Shown here in pieces: positions 9,971 to 20,615 of a stretch of DNA of 64,000 nt (position 1 is its first letter; each line of letters begins with the position of its first letter). The stretch covers positions 160,001 to 224,000 of the forward strand of contig JBOEGF010000043.1 of assembly GCA_050633305.1 (NCBI GenBank), written 5' to 3'. The position numbers and the translations under genes are program-made. Below the pieces are notes generated by a model. It was not told the origin of the DNA. It ran no database searches and was given only the letters and a program-made list of their open reading frames with translations. The stretch comes from Nannocystales bacterium. Its GTDB lineage: Bacteria; Myxococcota_A; Polyangia; Nannocystales; Nannocystaceae.

Positions 9971-11170
9971 ATGTCTCGGAGGTTGGCCTTCCTGTTCGCG
10001 CTGTACGTCTGCCAAGGGCTCCCCGGGGGGTTCCTGGCCGTCGTCTTGCCCGTGGTGCTGCGCGAACAGGGCCTCGACCTCAAGACCATCGGCCTCGCAT
10101 CGTTCCTCTCCGCCCCTTGGATTCTGAAGTTCTTGTGGGCGCCGCTGGTCGATCGCTACGGGTCGTCGAGACTCGGCCGACACCGGAGCTGGCTGATCCC
10201 CGCGCAGCTCGGGATGCTGGCCGTGACCCTGGCGCTGTCCGCAGTGCGGCCCCAGGACGACCTCACTGTCGTTGTCCTGCTGTTTCTAGTGCTCAACGTG
10301 TTCGCCGCGACCCAAGACATCGCGGTCGACGGATGGGCGGTGCGTCTGCTCAAGGGCGAGGAACTCGGACCGGCCAACAGTGCCCAGGTCGGTGGGTTCA
10401 AGGTGGGCAACTTGCTCGGTGGTGGGGTGCTGGTCGGACTGCTCGGCACGATCGGCTGGGCGGGCGACTTCTGGCTGATGTCAGCCCTCATCGGCTGCGT
10501 CCTGATGTTCGTCCTCCTCACTCCCGAGCCTCAGAGCCCCAAACCGCCGCCGCGGCGCGTGCTTCCGCTGCTGTGGGCGTCGTTGCGTCGACAGGGCCTC
10601 GGGTTCTGGGGCTTCATCATGTTCGCGAAGTTCGGCGAGACGTTCGGCGGGGCGCTGACCAAGCCGATGCTGGTCGACCACGGCTACACCAAGGAGATGA
10701 TCGCGTGGCTCGATGGACTGCTGGGCGCGAGCGCGGTGATCGCCGGTGCTGTACTCGCGGGGGCCTTGGTGCGGCGCCGCGGCTGGGCCTGGACCTTGGC
10801 CGGGTGCAGCGTCGTGCAAGGCCTCGCGTTGGTCGGACTCGGCCTCCTGGCACCGGGCTCCCTTCCGGTCGCGGTGTTCGCCCCGTTGAACATGCTCGAG
10901 GCCGCCTCAGGCGGTGGCGTTGCGGTCTGCATCTTTGCGCTCGCGATGAGTCGCGCCGATGCCTCGATCGGGGCGACCGACTTCACTGCGATGCAGGTGA
11001 TGTACATGGCGGGGGCCTTTCTCGCGGCGCCGCTGGGCGGGGCGCTGGGGGACGCAGCCGGCTATCTCCCCGTGTTCTGTCTTTCGGGGACCATGGCGGT
11101 GACTCTTGGGTTGATCGCGCCAAGCGTCGGCCGGCGGTTTGAGAGGCGAAGCGATACACTGAAGATGTGA
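9971..11170 (+). CDS. MFS transporter, AmpG/RhtX/FptX family
   Basis: LYVCQGLPGG, PWILKFLWAPLVDR, ATQDIAVDG; ~12 TM. Start taken at ATG 9971 (alternatives 9950-9959). Confidence 0.88.
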   Translation: MSRRLAFLFALYVCQGLPGGFLAVVLPVVLREQGLDLKTIGLASFLSAPWILKFLWAPLVDRYGSSRLGRHRSWLIPAQLGMLAVTLALSAVRPQDDLTVVVLLFLVLNVFAATQDIAVDGWAVRLLKGEELGPANSAQVGGFKVGNLLGGGVLVGLLGTIGWAGDFWLMSALIGCVLMFVLLTPEPQSPKPPPRRVLPLLWASLRRQGLGFWGFIMFAKFGETFGGALTKPMLVDHGYTKEMIAWLDGLLGASAVIAGAVLAGALVRRRGWAWTLAGCSVVQGLALVGLGLLAPGSLPVAVFAPLNMLEAASGGGVAVCIFALAMSRADASIGATDFTAMQVMYMAGAFLAAPLGGALGDAAGYLPVFCLSGTMAVTLGLIAPSVGRRFERRSDTLKM

Positions 11171-12330
11171 CGCACGCGATGGAGCCCGCCCGATTCGAGC
11201 AAGCGGACCCGCGCGCGCGCGGCCAGGCCCACGGGGAAATGTGGCGTGACCCGATCACGGCGCTCACGGACATTCGTCTGGGCTTGACCGTTCGCAGGAG
11301 CCGGTTCGCATCGGCACACGACGTGCGTATCGCCGCGGGGGCTCACCTACCAGTGTTGGAGAAACATCTCCCGCATCTGCATCAGGAGCTGCTGGGGATC
11401 GCCGATGGGTCCGGGTTGACCCCCGAGGACATCGTCGTGCTCAATCAGTACACGGACTTGCGCGATGTGCCGCCCGAGCGGGTCGGGTGTGCCTCGACCG
11501 AGCCGGAGATCGGAGACCCCGGCGGCTGTACGGCAGTCTACTTCACCGGGGCGGAGGGCCCCGTTCTTGGGCAGACCTGGGACATGCACGCTTCGGCGGA
11601 GCCGTTCGTTCGCATGATGTCCATCGAGCCGAAGGGAAGTGAGCAGCAGGTGCTGTGTTTCACGCTCACGGGGTGTTTGGGCATGGCAGGCCTGGGACAG
11701 GATGCGGTGGGGGTGACGATCAACAACCTCTCGAGTACCGACGGTGGACTCGGCGTCGTGTGGCCCGCGGTTGTACGCGCGATGTTGGAGGCGCCGTCGG
11801 CACGGGCGGCGCGCGACCGCCTCCTCGCGCTCCCGTTGAGCAGCGGCCACTACTACACGCTGGCGGACGGGCGAGACTTCTTCGGATACGAGACCAGCGG
11901 CGAGCTGAAGGTCTTGACGCAGTGCGGGCCTCGGGCTGCGCACCTGCACACCAACCACTGCTTCGATCCCGTGCTTCGCCAACGGGAGGCCGTCCCTCGG
12001 GGGAGCACGTCCTTCGGACGCCTCAACATGGCGACGACGCTCTACGCACAGCAGCGACCTTCGACGCTGGACGAACTCTGGTCGCTCCTGGGCAGCCACG
12101 AGGGGCAGCCTGGCACGCAGTTGTGCACCCACCAGGACGAGGTGCACGACGACGACTCGTACTCACGGACGTGCGGTCGCATCGCGATGCGGCTGCGTAG
12201 CGGAGAGGTTCGCGCCGCTCGGGGTTGCTCGCGAAGCGACCCGGGCCTCGATGTTCGCCTCGGGCGGTACAACGCACCGCCCCAGCTGCCTCCCGGCGAG
12301 ATGTCTCGCTTCGCGACGGTCAAAGGCTGA
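11167..12330 (+). CDS. C45-family Ntn hydrolase/acyltransferase
   Basis: ELLGIADG, GG|CTA autocleavage site, GQTWD, GVTINNL, HTNH. Confidence 0.85.
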   Translation: MTHAMEPARFEQADPRARGQAHGEMWRDPITALTDIRLGLTVRRSRFASAHDVRIAAGAHLPVLEKHLPHLHQELLGIADGSGLTPEDIVVLNQYTDLRDVPPERVGCASTEPEIGDPGGCTAVYFTGAEGPVLGQTWDMHASAEPFVRMMSIEPKGSEQQVLCFTLTGCLGMAGLGQDAVGVTINNLSSTDGGLGVVWPAVVRAMLEAPSARAARDRLLALPLSSGHYYTLADGRDFFGYETSGELKVLTQCGPRAAHLHTNHCFDPVLRQREAVPRGSTSFGRLNMATTLYAQQRPSTLDELWSLLGSHEGQPGTQLCTHQDEVHDDDSYSRTCGRIAMRLRSGEVRAARGCSRSDPGLDVRLGRYNAPPQLPPGEMSRFATVKG

Positions 12331-12341
12331 CCGCCGGGTCT

Positions 12342-13403
12342 TCACCCCACCGCGATGGCGATGCCGCCCATCAGGACGAGGTAGATCACGAAACCAGTCA
12401 TGCGGCCCTTGCCCACGAGGTAGAGCAGGCCGCGTAGCGACAGCAGACCCACGACGAGACTCGCTACGAAGCCCGCGGCAAAGGGGACGACCGCGATGCT
12501 CTCACCCGATGCGCTGTCTCCGAGAATGTCGAGGACCTCCTTGGCCGTCGCTCCGCCCACGGCGATGAGGCTGATCAGGAACGAGAAGCGCGCGGCTCGT
12601 GGCCGGTCGAGACCCACGGCCAGGCCTGCCGCGATGGTGCTGCCGCTGCGCGAGATACCCGGGAGGACCGCGAAGACTTGGGCGATGCCGATGAGAATCG
12701 CTTGCTTGGCGGTTGGCGGCTCGTCGCTGAGCTCGCCTTCGCCTCGTCCCGGTCGAAATGCGGCGAACAGGATCGCGGCCGTCACGAGCAGCGCGACGCC
12801 GACCCATCGCACCTCGCTCTCCATCGAGACCACCAGGTCTTCGACCGCAGGAACGAGTGCGATGCCCAGGGGCAACGATGCGAGCAGCATGCGAAGCAGC
12901 CGACGACGATCGGGGGTGTCGTTCGCCGGTTGCACGAGGACCCCGAACAGCTTGCGAACGTCCTGCCGGTACACCCAAAGGACCGCGATCAAGGTGCCGG
13001 CATGCAGCACGATGTTGAATCGGTGTCCGGCGGATTCGGGATCGATGCCGAGCCAGGCTTGGCCCAGCGAGAGGTGCCCGGAGGAGCTTACGGGAAGGAA
13101 CTCGGTGGCGCCCTGAATCGCGCCGAGCAGGATCGCGAACCACACGGTGAGCTCGTTGCTCCCCGAGGGGCTCGACGAGGCCCACGCGCTGCTCGAAGCG
13201 AACCCGGCCACCACCAAGAGGGCGAGCGCGATACCCTTGCCACGGTGAGCGTGGCGGGGATTCTTGGAGCCGTCTTGGGTGGGGTGGCCGCGGTGCAAGG
13301 GACGGCTTGGCTCGGTGGCACCCGTGTCGGGACCCGGCGGCGTCGACAGGGGGCCGTGCTCGCGCCCAGTGGTCTCGCGTTGGTGCTGGTGTCCCTGCTT
13401 CAC
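12342..13403 (-). CDS. uppP: Undecaprenyl-diphosphate phosphatase
   Basis: QGATEFLPVSSSGH, LHAGTL, PGISRSGSTI, AARFSFL; start uncertain (long N-terminal extension). Confidence 0.9.
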   Translation of the reverse strand: MKQGHQHQRETTGREHGPLSTPPGPDTGATEPSRPLHRGHPTQDGSKNPRHAHRGKGIALALLVVAGFASSSAWASSSPSGSNELTVWFAILLGAIQGATEFLPVSSSGHLSLGQAWLGIDPESAGHRFNIVLHAGTLIAVLWVYRQDVRKLFGVLVQPANDTPDRRRLLRMLLASLPLGIALVPAVEDLVVSMESEVRWVGVALLVTAAILFAAFRPGRGEGELSDEPPTAKQAILIGIAQVFAVLPGISRSGSTIAAGLAVGLDRPRAARFSFLISLIAVGGATAKEVLDILGDSASGESIAVVPFAAGFVASLVVGLLSLRGLLYLVGKGRMTGFVIYLVLMGGIAIAVG

Positions 13404-13449
13404 GTGCTCGTCCCCGGTTTCTTGGGGCCTTGACCCCGCAGCCCTCTAC

Positions 13450-15219
13450 CTACGCGTTCTCGTCGGGTGGGCGCAAGGGCACGACCTCAGCCAGCTCACC
13501 CTCGATGGGGTCGCTGGGTGGTTCGAGCGTCCGGCCCCGGGCCCACAGGTGGTGCTCGATGGCCCCGAGCAGTTCTCTGGTCGAGGCGCGCTCCAGCGCG
13601 CTGATGAAGAACGCGCGCGTGATCTCCAGTCGCACGCCACGACGCCGCCGTTCGAGGATCTCGATGTCCTCGGGCAGCACGCCATCGCACTTGTTGTAGA
13701 CGATGAATCTCGGAATGGAGCCCGCATCGAGTTCTCCGAGGATCGACTCCACGGTCTCGATCTGTTGCTCCTTGTCGGGGTCGGTCGCGTCGACGACATG
13801 CAGCAGCAAGTCGGCGCCAGCGACTTCCTCAAGTGTGGCCGAGAACGCCTGCATGAGGGCAGGGGGCAGGTCGCGGATGAACCCCACGGTGTCGAGCATC
13901 ACGATCTCCCGCTCGTTCGGGAATCGAATGCGGCGGACGGTGGGATCGAGGGTTGCGAACAGCTTGTCCTGCGCGTCGACCTTGCTCTGGGTCACGGTGT
14001 TGAGGAGCGTGCTCTTGCCCGCGTTCGTGTAGCCAACGATCGCGACGACCGGCACGTTGTTGCGTTGCCGGCGAGCCCGTTTCTGATCGCGCTGCGTCTT
14101 GAGTCGTTTGAGTCGGCGCTCGAGGTCGCTGATGCGGTCGTTGGCGCGCCGTCTGTCGATCTCGAGCTTGCTCTCACCGGGCCCCTGTCCTCCGATGCCG
14201 CCTGCGAGGCGCGACATCATCGAGCCCTTTCCCATCATCTTGGGCAGGTTGTAGCGTAGCTGCGCCAGCTCGACCTGAAGCTTGCCGTCGGCACTGGTGG
14301 CGTGCTTGGCGAAGATGTCCAGGATGAGCATCGTGCGATCGATGACCTTGAGGTCTGTGAGATCGGCGATGGTGCGGGCCTGGGACGCGCTGAGCTCGGG
14401 GTCACAGATCAGGACCTCGACGTCTTGCTCGAGCGCGTGCACGAGCACCTCGCGGAGCTTGCCCGAGCCCAAGAACGTTCGTGGGTCGGGGTGAGGGCGC
14501 CGCTGCTTGACCAAGTCGATCAGCGCGACGCCTGCGGTCTGGCACAACTCGCGCAGCTCGTTGATGCGTGCGTCGAGGTGTGGCCCGCCTTTGTGCACGA
14601 CCATGGCCATCGCACGGGTGCCGTCGGTCTCGGCTCGGGCGCGTGCGGTGGAGGCGACGAGCTCGGCCTCGCGTTCGCGCAGGAATGCGTCGAACGGGAC
14701 CGGAAGCTCTCCGCTGGCCGGGGGTCCGTTGTCGGGGTCGAGGAGCGCGAGCGGGACCCGCGGGAGCACGGAGATGGTGAAGGCTTCCTTGGCGCCGGGC
14801 GCGGGAGGGGCCAACATCGCGACGTCGGCCATGATGCCGGCGGGGCCGCGGTGCACCGACGTCACCAGGTCGAGCCGCAGCTTGGCGAGGTCGGCGAGCT
14901 CTTCGCGATCGAGCCCTTGGGCCACGAGGTGGCTGGCCACGAGCCGGACGCCGCGCAGACGCCCGGCGACGCCGCGCACCCGGTCGAACTCGGGCAGCTG
15001 CATGCTGTGTGCATCCCCCAAAATGACGGATGTGACCCGGCCGCGGCGGTCGAGGAACAAGCCCACCCGACGGTTGAGTTCGAGGGCGACCTCGAGGAGG
15101 TCGCGGGCGAGGGCGGGTCCGACGACCCGATCGGGCAGAACCGTACGCTCGCCCAGTCGCTGAAGGAGCCGGACGTGGCTGGGCTTCAGGCTGGACGTAT
15201 CACCGTGGAGCTTGGTCAA
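13450..15219 (-). CDS. hflX: GTPase HflX (long N-terminal form)
   Basis: IDRTMLILDIFA, GKLQVELAQLRY, GPGESKLEIDRR, GYTNAGKSTL, LFATLDPT, DTVGFI, NKCD. Confidence 0.95.
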   Translation of the reverse strand: MTKLHGDTSSLKPSHVRLLQRLGERTVLPDRVVGPALARDLLEVALELNRRVGLFLDRRGRVTSVILGDAHSMQLPEFDRVRGVAGRLRGVRLVASHLVAQGLDREELADLAKLRLDLVTSVHRGPAGIMADVAMLAPPAPGAKEAFTISVLPRVPLALLDPDNGPPASGELPVPFDAFLREREAELVASTARARAETDGTRAMAMVVHKGGPHLDARINELRELCQTAGVALIDLVKQRRPHPDPRTFLGSGKLREVLVHALEQDVEVLICDPELSASQARTIADLTDLKVIDRTMLILDIFAKHATSADGKLQVELAQLRYNLPKMMGKGSMMSRLAGGIGGQGPGESKLEIDRRRANDRISDLERRLKRLKTQRDQKRARRQRNNVPVVAIVGYTNAGKSTLLNTVTQSKVDAQDKLFATLDPTVRRIRFPNEREIVMLDTVGFIRDLPPALMQAFSATLEEVAGADLLLHVVDATDPDKEQQIETVESILGELDAGSIPRFIVYNKCDGVLPEDIEILERRRRGVRLEITRAFFISALERASTRELLGAIEHHLWARGRTLEPPSDPIEGELAEVVPLRPPDENA

Positions 15220-15316
15220 GGCGTGGTGTTCCTGTCTTCTGAGCCGACAGGCCTAGCACAAGCATGGTGCCGACGGTACCGGCGGGCGCCGTCGGAGCGT
15301 GCGCTGACGATCCCGC

Positions 15317-17185
15317 TCAGCCGTGGCCGTCGAGGACCTTGAGCGCCACGGCGAGAGCCTGAGACGCGCGGCGTTCGGCATCGCGACGGGTCGAGAGTGT
15401 GGTCGTGATCGCGTCGAGCTTGGTGCGCAGTTCGTCGGACTGAGCGCTGAGCGACTCGAGCTCGGCCTGCTGTGCATCGAGCTTGCTCTGCATGCCGCTG
15501 ACCGCCTCGGCGCTTTGGCTCTTCTCGTCTTCCAGCTCTTTCTTCAGCGCATCGCGCTCGGTCTGCGCGGAGACCTCGGCGGAGGTCAGCTCGGCGCGGA
15601 GCTTTTCGACCTCGGCTCGGGCGTTGCGCTGCGTCTCTTCCGCGTCCGCCGTGACTTTCTCCAAGGCGGTGCGGTGTTGAGCCTCCGCGAACTCGATCTC
15701 CGCCTGATGCTCGGCCGCCTGCGAGGCGATCGACTTGGCGACCTGCTCGTTGGTCGACTGCTTCGCAGCTTCTTCCTTCGCGGCGATGTCGGCTTCTGCC
15801 TGTGCCTTCACCGACTCGACGTCGGCCTTGGCGGTCTCCAGCTCCGTCTTGGTGCCTTCGAGTTCGGAACGCACCGTCTCGGCGGTGGCCCGGGACTCGG
15901 TCAGGTCCGACTCGAGGCTTGCGGCGCGGCCCTTGAGTTCCTCGAGCTGCTCGCCCAACTGGGCGGAGGCGTTCTCGGCCGAGGTCAGCTCGTTGCGGAC
16001 TGCCTCGAGCTGTCCGTTGGCGGAGGCTGCGTTCGCCGTCGCCTCGTCGCGAGCGGCCACGGCGGTGGAGAGTTGTTCCTCGACCTCCTTCAGCTTCTTC
16101 TGGGTGTGGTCGAAGCGGGTCTTGAGGCCCTCCTCGCGCTTGAGGATGGTGTTCTTGTCCCGGACGGCGGCCTTGGACTGCTCCTGCGAGGTGAGCTTGC
16201 TGTCTTCGAGCAACAGCAGCTTCTCCTCGAGGTCGCCGATCTGTGAGAGCAGCTCGCGGTTCTTGTGCTTGGCGTCGAGGACGCCACGTTCCTGGGACTC
16301 GAGTTCGTCCTTGAGCGAGAGAATCTCTCGGTTCTTCGCGTTGACCTGGGACTTGAGCGTGAGGACTTCGCGCTGCGCCTTGAACTCAGTGGCGGCGTCG
16401 CCATCGCTGGGGTCGGTTGCCACGGGCTCGGGCTCAGCCTCCGGAATGACCTCGGGCTCGGGGTCGGGCTCGGGCTCGGGCTCGGGGTCGGGCTCGACGG
16501 CGATTTCAGGCTCGGGGTCGGGCTCAAGTTCGATCTCGGGCTCAACGGCGATTTCAGGCTCGGGCTCGGCTGCGACCGCGGGCTCGGGCTCGGGGGCGCT
16601 CGCGTCCTCACTGCCGCCGCCCATGAGCGCGTCAAAGGCCGCGTCGGTTTCTTCGCCCAGTTCCTCGTCCATCTCTGCAAACTCCTCGTCGAACTCCGGC
16701 ATGTCGAGGCCGCTGCTGGCCGCGGCTGCTCCATCCGCATCGTCATCAAGGTCCTCGAGGTCGACGTCGAGACCGGACTCAGCTTCGACTTCGACTTCGA
16801 CTTCAGCTCCTTCGGCAAGCGTGATGTGCTCTCGAACCGCATCGACCAGTGTGTCGCCGGCGAAGGGGAACTTGAGGTACGCGTCGGCATGCGTCTTCAA
16901 CGTCCGGTGCTGGTTGAAGACGTCGTCCGAGACACCCGATGCGTACATCACCAAAGGGATGTCCTTGATGTCGTCGGAACGTCGAAGCTTGTTGCAAACC
17001 GAGAAGCCGGACGCGTTCGGAAGCTCGACCCGCAAGAAGATGATGGCGGGCGTCGCATCACGGGCGATCGACATCGCCTCTTCTTTGTCTTGCGTCGAGG
17101 TGATCTCGAAGCCGTAGGGCTTGAGCGTCGTCTCGATGTTCGTGGTGGCATCCTGATCGGCGTCGATGATCAGCGCTGAAGGCAC
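15317..17185 (-). CDS. FrzS/AglZ-like pseudo-receiver domain + acidic Pro-Glu linker + long coiled coil
   Basis: Receiver fold with IFLRVEL (Arg at phospho-Asp position), [22 protein letters not shown]; heptad-rich C-terminal half; GTG start at 17185. Confidence 0.8.
   Translation of the reverse strand: MPSALIIDADQDATTNIETTLKPYGFEITSTQDKEEAMSIARDATPAIIFLRVELPNASGFSVCNKLRRSDDIKDIPLVMYASGVSDDVFNQHRTLKTHADAYLKFPFAGDTLVDAVREHITLAEGAEVEVEVEAESGLDVDLEDLDDDADGAAAASSGLDMPEFDEEFAEMDEELGEETDAAFDALMGGGSEDASAPEPEPAVAAEPEPEIAVEPEIELEPDPEPEIAVEPDPEPEPEPDPEPEVIPEAEPEPVATDPSDGDAATEFKAQREVLTLKSQVNAKNREILSLKDELESQERGVLDAKHKNRELLSQIGDLEEKLLLLEDSKLTSQEQSKAAVRDKNTILKREEGLKTRFDHTQKKLKEVEEQLSTAVAARDEATANAASANGQLEAVRNELTSAENASAQLGEQLEELKGRAASLESDLTESRATAETVRSELEGTKTELETAKADVESVKAQAEADIAAKEEAAKQSTNEQVAKSIASQAAEHQAEIEFAEAQHRTALEKVTADAEETQRNARAEVEKLRAELTSAEVSAQTERDALKKELEDEKSQSAEAVSGMQSKLDAQQAELESLSAQSDELRTKLDAITTTLSTRRDAERRASQALAVALKVLDGHG
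16424..16595 (-). repeat. Coding tandem repeat (PEPEPD / PEPEIAVE units) in linker
   Basis: Iterated ctcggg/gtcggg hexamers and duplicated acggcgatttcaggctcggg on + strand. Confidence 0.8.
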
Positions 17186-17290
17186 GGAGGCGAGACTATC
17201 CCGCTGTCTGCGCCGGGCCAACCAAAAACGCGCCCCGAACCCCATTTAGAAGGGGTCGGGCGCGTGTTCAGGTATGTGCGTCGGGCGAGG

Positions 17291-18310
17291 CTACCGACTC
17301 GCGGCGCGGCGGACGGACGGCTCACGTGCCAGCTGATGCGCCATGTCGAGCAGCACGGAGAAGTCTGGAGAGTCGACCTTGACCGTGCCGGACCGGGCCG
17401 CGCTGCCCTCGAGGGTCAGTTGATGGGACACACCGCCGTGCTCAAAGTGAAGAGTGGGGCCGCCCGGGTCGTGGCTCACCGTATAGGGCTGACCGCGGAA
17501 CACCACCGTTGTGCCACTTGGCTGCGGGCCTCCGATCGGCCGCTGGCGGTCGACGATGTGCTGGATGTGGTCGCCGGAGATTCGGTATCGCAGCCTCGCA
17601 CCGAGGCTCGACGCGCCCGCATGGGGATCCAGCCGCGCGCCCACGAGCTGTACCCGCTCTTCAGGTCTCGACGGGGCGACCTGCAGCGGGAAGTCGAGCT
17701 GGGGTCGGATCTCATCGAGCTCGGACAAGCCGGGCCGGTTGGCGGCGGTTTTCGAGCGGTCGCCCGACGAATCCGTCGGCGGTTCCGCGACGGGCGCGCG
17801 GCTCATCGCGGCAGAGAGGCCTGGCCCTGGGAGTTGCTGAACAGGTTCCAGGCCCCCTTGCGCGACGAAGAACAGGCCGGCGGCGACTGCGGCGGCCGGG
17901 ATCATCACCATGCCGCCCCGGATCAGGTCACGCACTCGACCGCCGCGACGAGACCCCATCGAGACGACGTTGGTGTCTTCCTCGGACGGAGGAGGGCCGG
18001 GATCGGCCAGTGGCGTGCCGCCCATCGCATCGAGTCCGGCCTGGCCGAAGTCGGTTTGCTCAGCCTGCTCGGCGTTGTCGAGGGCGGCGAGCACATTCGC
18101 CCTCAACCCGGCGGGGGCGGTCTCTTTTTCGATCGAGCGAAGTGTGGCGCGCACCCACATCTGCTCCGAAACGGCCGACCTGCACGCGGCGCATCGCTCG
18201 AGGTGGTCGGAGACCGTGTGCTGCTCTTCGTCGGCGAGCTCACCGTCGACATAGGGTTGGAGCAGCGCAGCGAACTCGCTGCATTCGGAACGGATATTTT
18301 CAAGGCTCAT
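17291..18310 (-). CDS. Zinc-binding (ZAS) transmembrane anti-sigma factor
   Basis: C...YVDGEL...HLERCAAC (zf-HC2), a TM segment, C-terminal extracytoplasmic domain; overlaps sigma gene stop. Confidence 0.85.
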   Translation of the reverse strand: MSLENIRSECSEFAALLQPYVDGELADEEQHTVSDHLERCAACRSAVSEQMWVRATLRSIEKETAPAGLRANVLAALDNAEQAEQTDFGQAGLDAMGGTPLADPGPPPSEEDTNVVSMGSRRGGRVRDLIRGGMVMIPAAAVAAGLFFVAQGGLEPVQQLPGPGLSAAMSRAPVAEPPTDSSGDRSKTAANRPGLSELDEIRPQLDFPLQVAPSRPEERVQLVGARLDPHAGASSLGARLRYRISGDHIQHIVDRQRPIGGPQPSGTTVVFRGQPYTVSHDPGGPTLHFEHGGVSHQLTLEGSAARSGTVKVDSPDFSVLLDMAHQLAREPSVRRAASR

Positions 18311-19002
18311 GCGTTGCCCCGCTTGCGGTAGGCGGACATGGAGACGGTTTTGCCGTCGATTGATTCGTCAGAACTCGGGGAACTCGGTGAGTCGCTGGCC
18401 GACGCTCCTGCATCCGGAGCTGCCTTGGGCGCCTCAGGCTCGACGAGCCCGAGTTCGGTGGCGTGGTCGCGCAACAGCTTGTGGAGCAGCCGACGTCCTC
18501 GGTAAATCCGGGACATCACCGTACCGATCGGGCAGTCCATGACCTCGGCGATCTCCTTGTAGGCCAGGCCTTCGAGATCCGCGAGCATGACGGCGGTACG
18601 GTAGTCCTCGGGAATGGTGTCGAGCGCGGCCATGATGCGCTCGCGAGTGAACCGTTGCGCGGTCGCAGCTTCGGGTCCCGGGACCTTGGCGGTGGGGTGC
18701 CCGACGGCGGCCTCGGACCCCAGCGAGCTCAGCTGGGCCTCGAGATCGTGTTGTGCGCTACGGCGTCGGTTGCTGCGGTGGTAGCGGTTGATGAACGTGT
18801 TCCGCAGGATGGTGAACATCCACGCTTTGATGCTCGTGCCGGTCTTGAACGTGTGCCAGAACCGGTAGGCGCGGACGTAGGCGTCCTGAACCAGATCCTC
18901 GGCCTCGGCGGGATTGCGAGTCAAGCGAAGCGCGGCGCCGTACATGGCGTCGAGCTGGGGGAGAGCTGTCTTTTCGAAATCCTGCCTGGCGTTTGGGTTC
19001 AT
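18307..19002 (-). CDS. ECF sigma factor, SigR/SigH-like
   Basis: [69 protein letters not shown]. Confidence 0.93.
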   Translation of the reverse strand: MNPNARQDFEKTALPQLDAMYGAALRLTRNPAEAEDLVQDAYVRAYRFWHTFKTGTSIKAWMFTILRNTFINRYHRSNRRRSAQHDLEAQLSSLGSEAAVGHPTAKVPGPEAATAQRFTRERIMAALDTIPEDYRTAVMLADLEGLAYKEIAEVMDCPIGTVMSRIYRGRRLLHKLLRDHATELGLVEPEAPKAAPDAGASASDSPSSPSSDESIDGKTVSMSAYRKRGNA

Positions 19003-19017
19003 TAGGGTGCTCCCGAG

Positions 19018-19043
19018 TACCAGCGCGCCTCCGGGGGTATTCC
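19018..19043 (-). promoter_or_regulatory. Putative autoregulatory ECF promoter GGAAT-N18-GTA
   Basis: Minus strand GGAAT(19043-19039)-18 nt-GTA(19020-19018) just upstream of the sigma ATG; near SigR consensus GGAAT-N18-GTT. Confidence 0.45.
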
Positions 19044-19109
19044 CGGGGGGTTGAGGAAAATCGCCCCGCGGTGTTCGCGCGGCTCCTGACCGTTATTCTT
19101 CGCGCCCTC

Positions 19110-20546
19110 ATGAGCGCCTCCGAAGTCTACCGTAGCCCGCTAGGGACCCGTTACGCCACCTCCGCCATGGTCGGCAACTTCGGTGACCGTCGGCGGGTTC
19201 GGCTGTGGCGAGAGCTGTGGATCGCGTTGGCCCAGGCCGAGAAGGAATTGGGGCTGCCGATCCCGGATGAGGCGGTCGCGGCCATGCGCGCCCACATCGA
19301 CGAGGTCGATTTCGATCGTGTCGCGGAGCTCGAGGCGAAGTTCCGGCACGACGTGATGGCCCATGTCCACCACTTCGGGGAGACGGCGGGTGAGGCGGCC
19401 GAGAAGGTGATCCACCTCGGGGCGACGAGTTGCTTTGTCGCCGACAACGCGGAGTTGGTGATGATTCGGGACGGCATTACGTTGCTTCTCGATCGCCTTC
19501 ACTGCGTCATGGGGCAGCTCAAGGCATTCGCGCTCGAGCATCGCGAGCTGGCGACGCTCGCATACACCCACTTTCAGCCCGCCCAGCTGACGACGGTCGG
19601 CAAGCGGGCCACGCTTTGGATGCAGGATCTCGCCTACGACATGGAGTCGCTGCAAGCGTTGGTCGATCGGCTTCCGCTGCGGGGTGTGAAGGGGACCACC
19701 GGGACGCAGGCTTCATTCCTCGCCTTGTTCGAAGGCGACCACGAGAAGGTCCGGCTGCTCGACGACAAGGTGGCCGCCGCGATGGGCTTCGCCAACACGG
19801 TGCCAGTCAGTGGGCAAACCTACCCACGCAAGTTCGACACTTGGGTGATCTCGGTGCTCGCCGACCTCGCGAGCTCGGCCGCCAAGTTTGGTTCGGACCT
19901 TCGGTTGCTGTGCCACAAGCGAGAGGTCGAGGAGCCCTTCGGCAAGAACCAGATCGGCAGCAGCGCGATGGCCTACAAGCGCAACCCAATGAAGAGCGAG
20001 CGGATCTGTTCGCTCGCGCGGTTTGTGCAGTCTCTCGCCGCAAACCCGATGGGGACGCATGCCAACCAGTGGTTCGAGCGGACCCTTGACGACAGCGCCA
20101 ACCGTCGCCTCGTGATCACCGAGGCGTTCTTGGCCACGGACGGGATCATGAACCTGCTCGCCGACGTGACGGAGGCCATGGTGGTCTACCCCGCGGTGAT
20201 CGAGGCCAACCTCAAGGAGGAGCTCCCGTTCATGGCCACCGAGAACGTGATCATGCGGGGCGCGAAGGCCGGGCTGAGTCGGCAAGACCTCCATGAGCGG
20301 GTTCGAGTGCACTCCCATGCGGCCGCAAAGGTGATGAAGGAAGAGGGGCGACCCAACGACCTGCTCACGCGGATGCGTGCCGACGATGCTCTGGGTGCCC
20401 ATGTCACCGATGCGGTGATCGACCCCCGCATGTACGTGGGACGGGCGCCGCAACAGGTTGACGAGTTCATCGAAGGCGTTGTCGATCCGTTGCTCGATCG
20501 GTTCTCGAAGCACGCGGGTCGGTTCGCGCCACGCGTTCGCGTCTGA
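19110..20546 (+). CDS. purB: Adenylosuccinate lyase
   Basis: YRSPLGTRYA, RHDVMAHVH, IHLGATSCFV, THFQPAQLTTVGKR, GSSAMAYKRNP signature, ERTLDDSANRR. Confidence 0.96.
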   Translation: MSASEVYRSPLGTRYATSAMVGNFGDRRRVRLWRELWIALAQAEKELGLPIPDEAVAAMRAHIDEVDFDRVAELEAKFRHDVMAHVHHFGETAGEAAEKVIHLGATSCFVADNAELVMIRDGITLLLDRLHCVMGQLKAFALEHRELATLAYTHFQPAQLTTVGKRATLWMQDLAYDMESLQALVDRLPLRGVKGTTGTQASFLALFEGDHEKVRLLDDKVAAAMGFANTVPVSGQTYPRKFDTWVISVLADLASSAAKFGSDLRLLCHKREVEEPFGKNQIGSSAMAYKRNPMKSERICSLARFVQSLAANPMGTHANQWFERTLDDSANRRLVITEAFLATDGIMNLLADVTEAMVVYPAVIEANLKEELPFMATENVIMRGAKAGLSRQDLHERVRVHSHAAAKVMKEEGRPNDLLTRMRADDALGAHVTDAVIDPRMYVGRAPQQVDEFIEGVVDPLLDRFSKHAGRFAPRVRV

Positions 20547-20615
20547 CGCCCACCCGGCCCGGAACGGGAGCGCCCTGCGCCGAAAGGTCGGGGGCGGCCC
20601 GGCCGATGGCAGCGC

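Noticed and set aside
15258..15272. Sigma54-like CGGCACcatgcTTGT upstream of hflX (minus strand)
   Set aside because: -12 dinucleotide is GT, not GC; too weak without a PWM or conservation
16424..16595. Hexamer repeat as an independent DNA element
   Set aside because: In-frame Pro-Glu/Asp linker of the CDS
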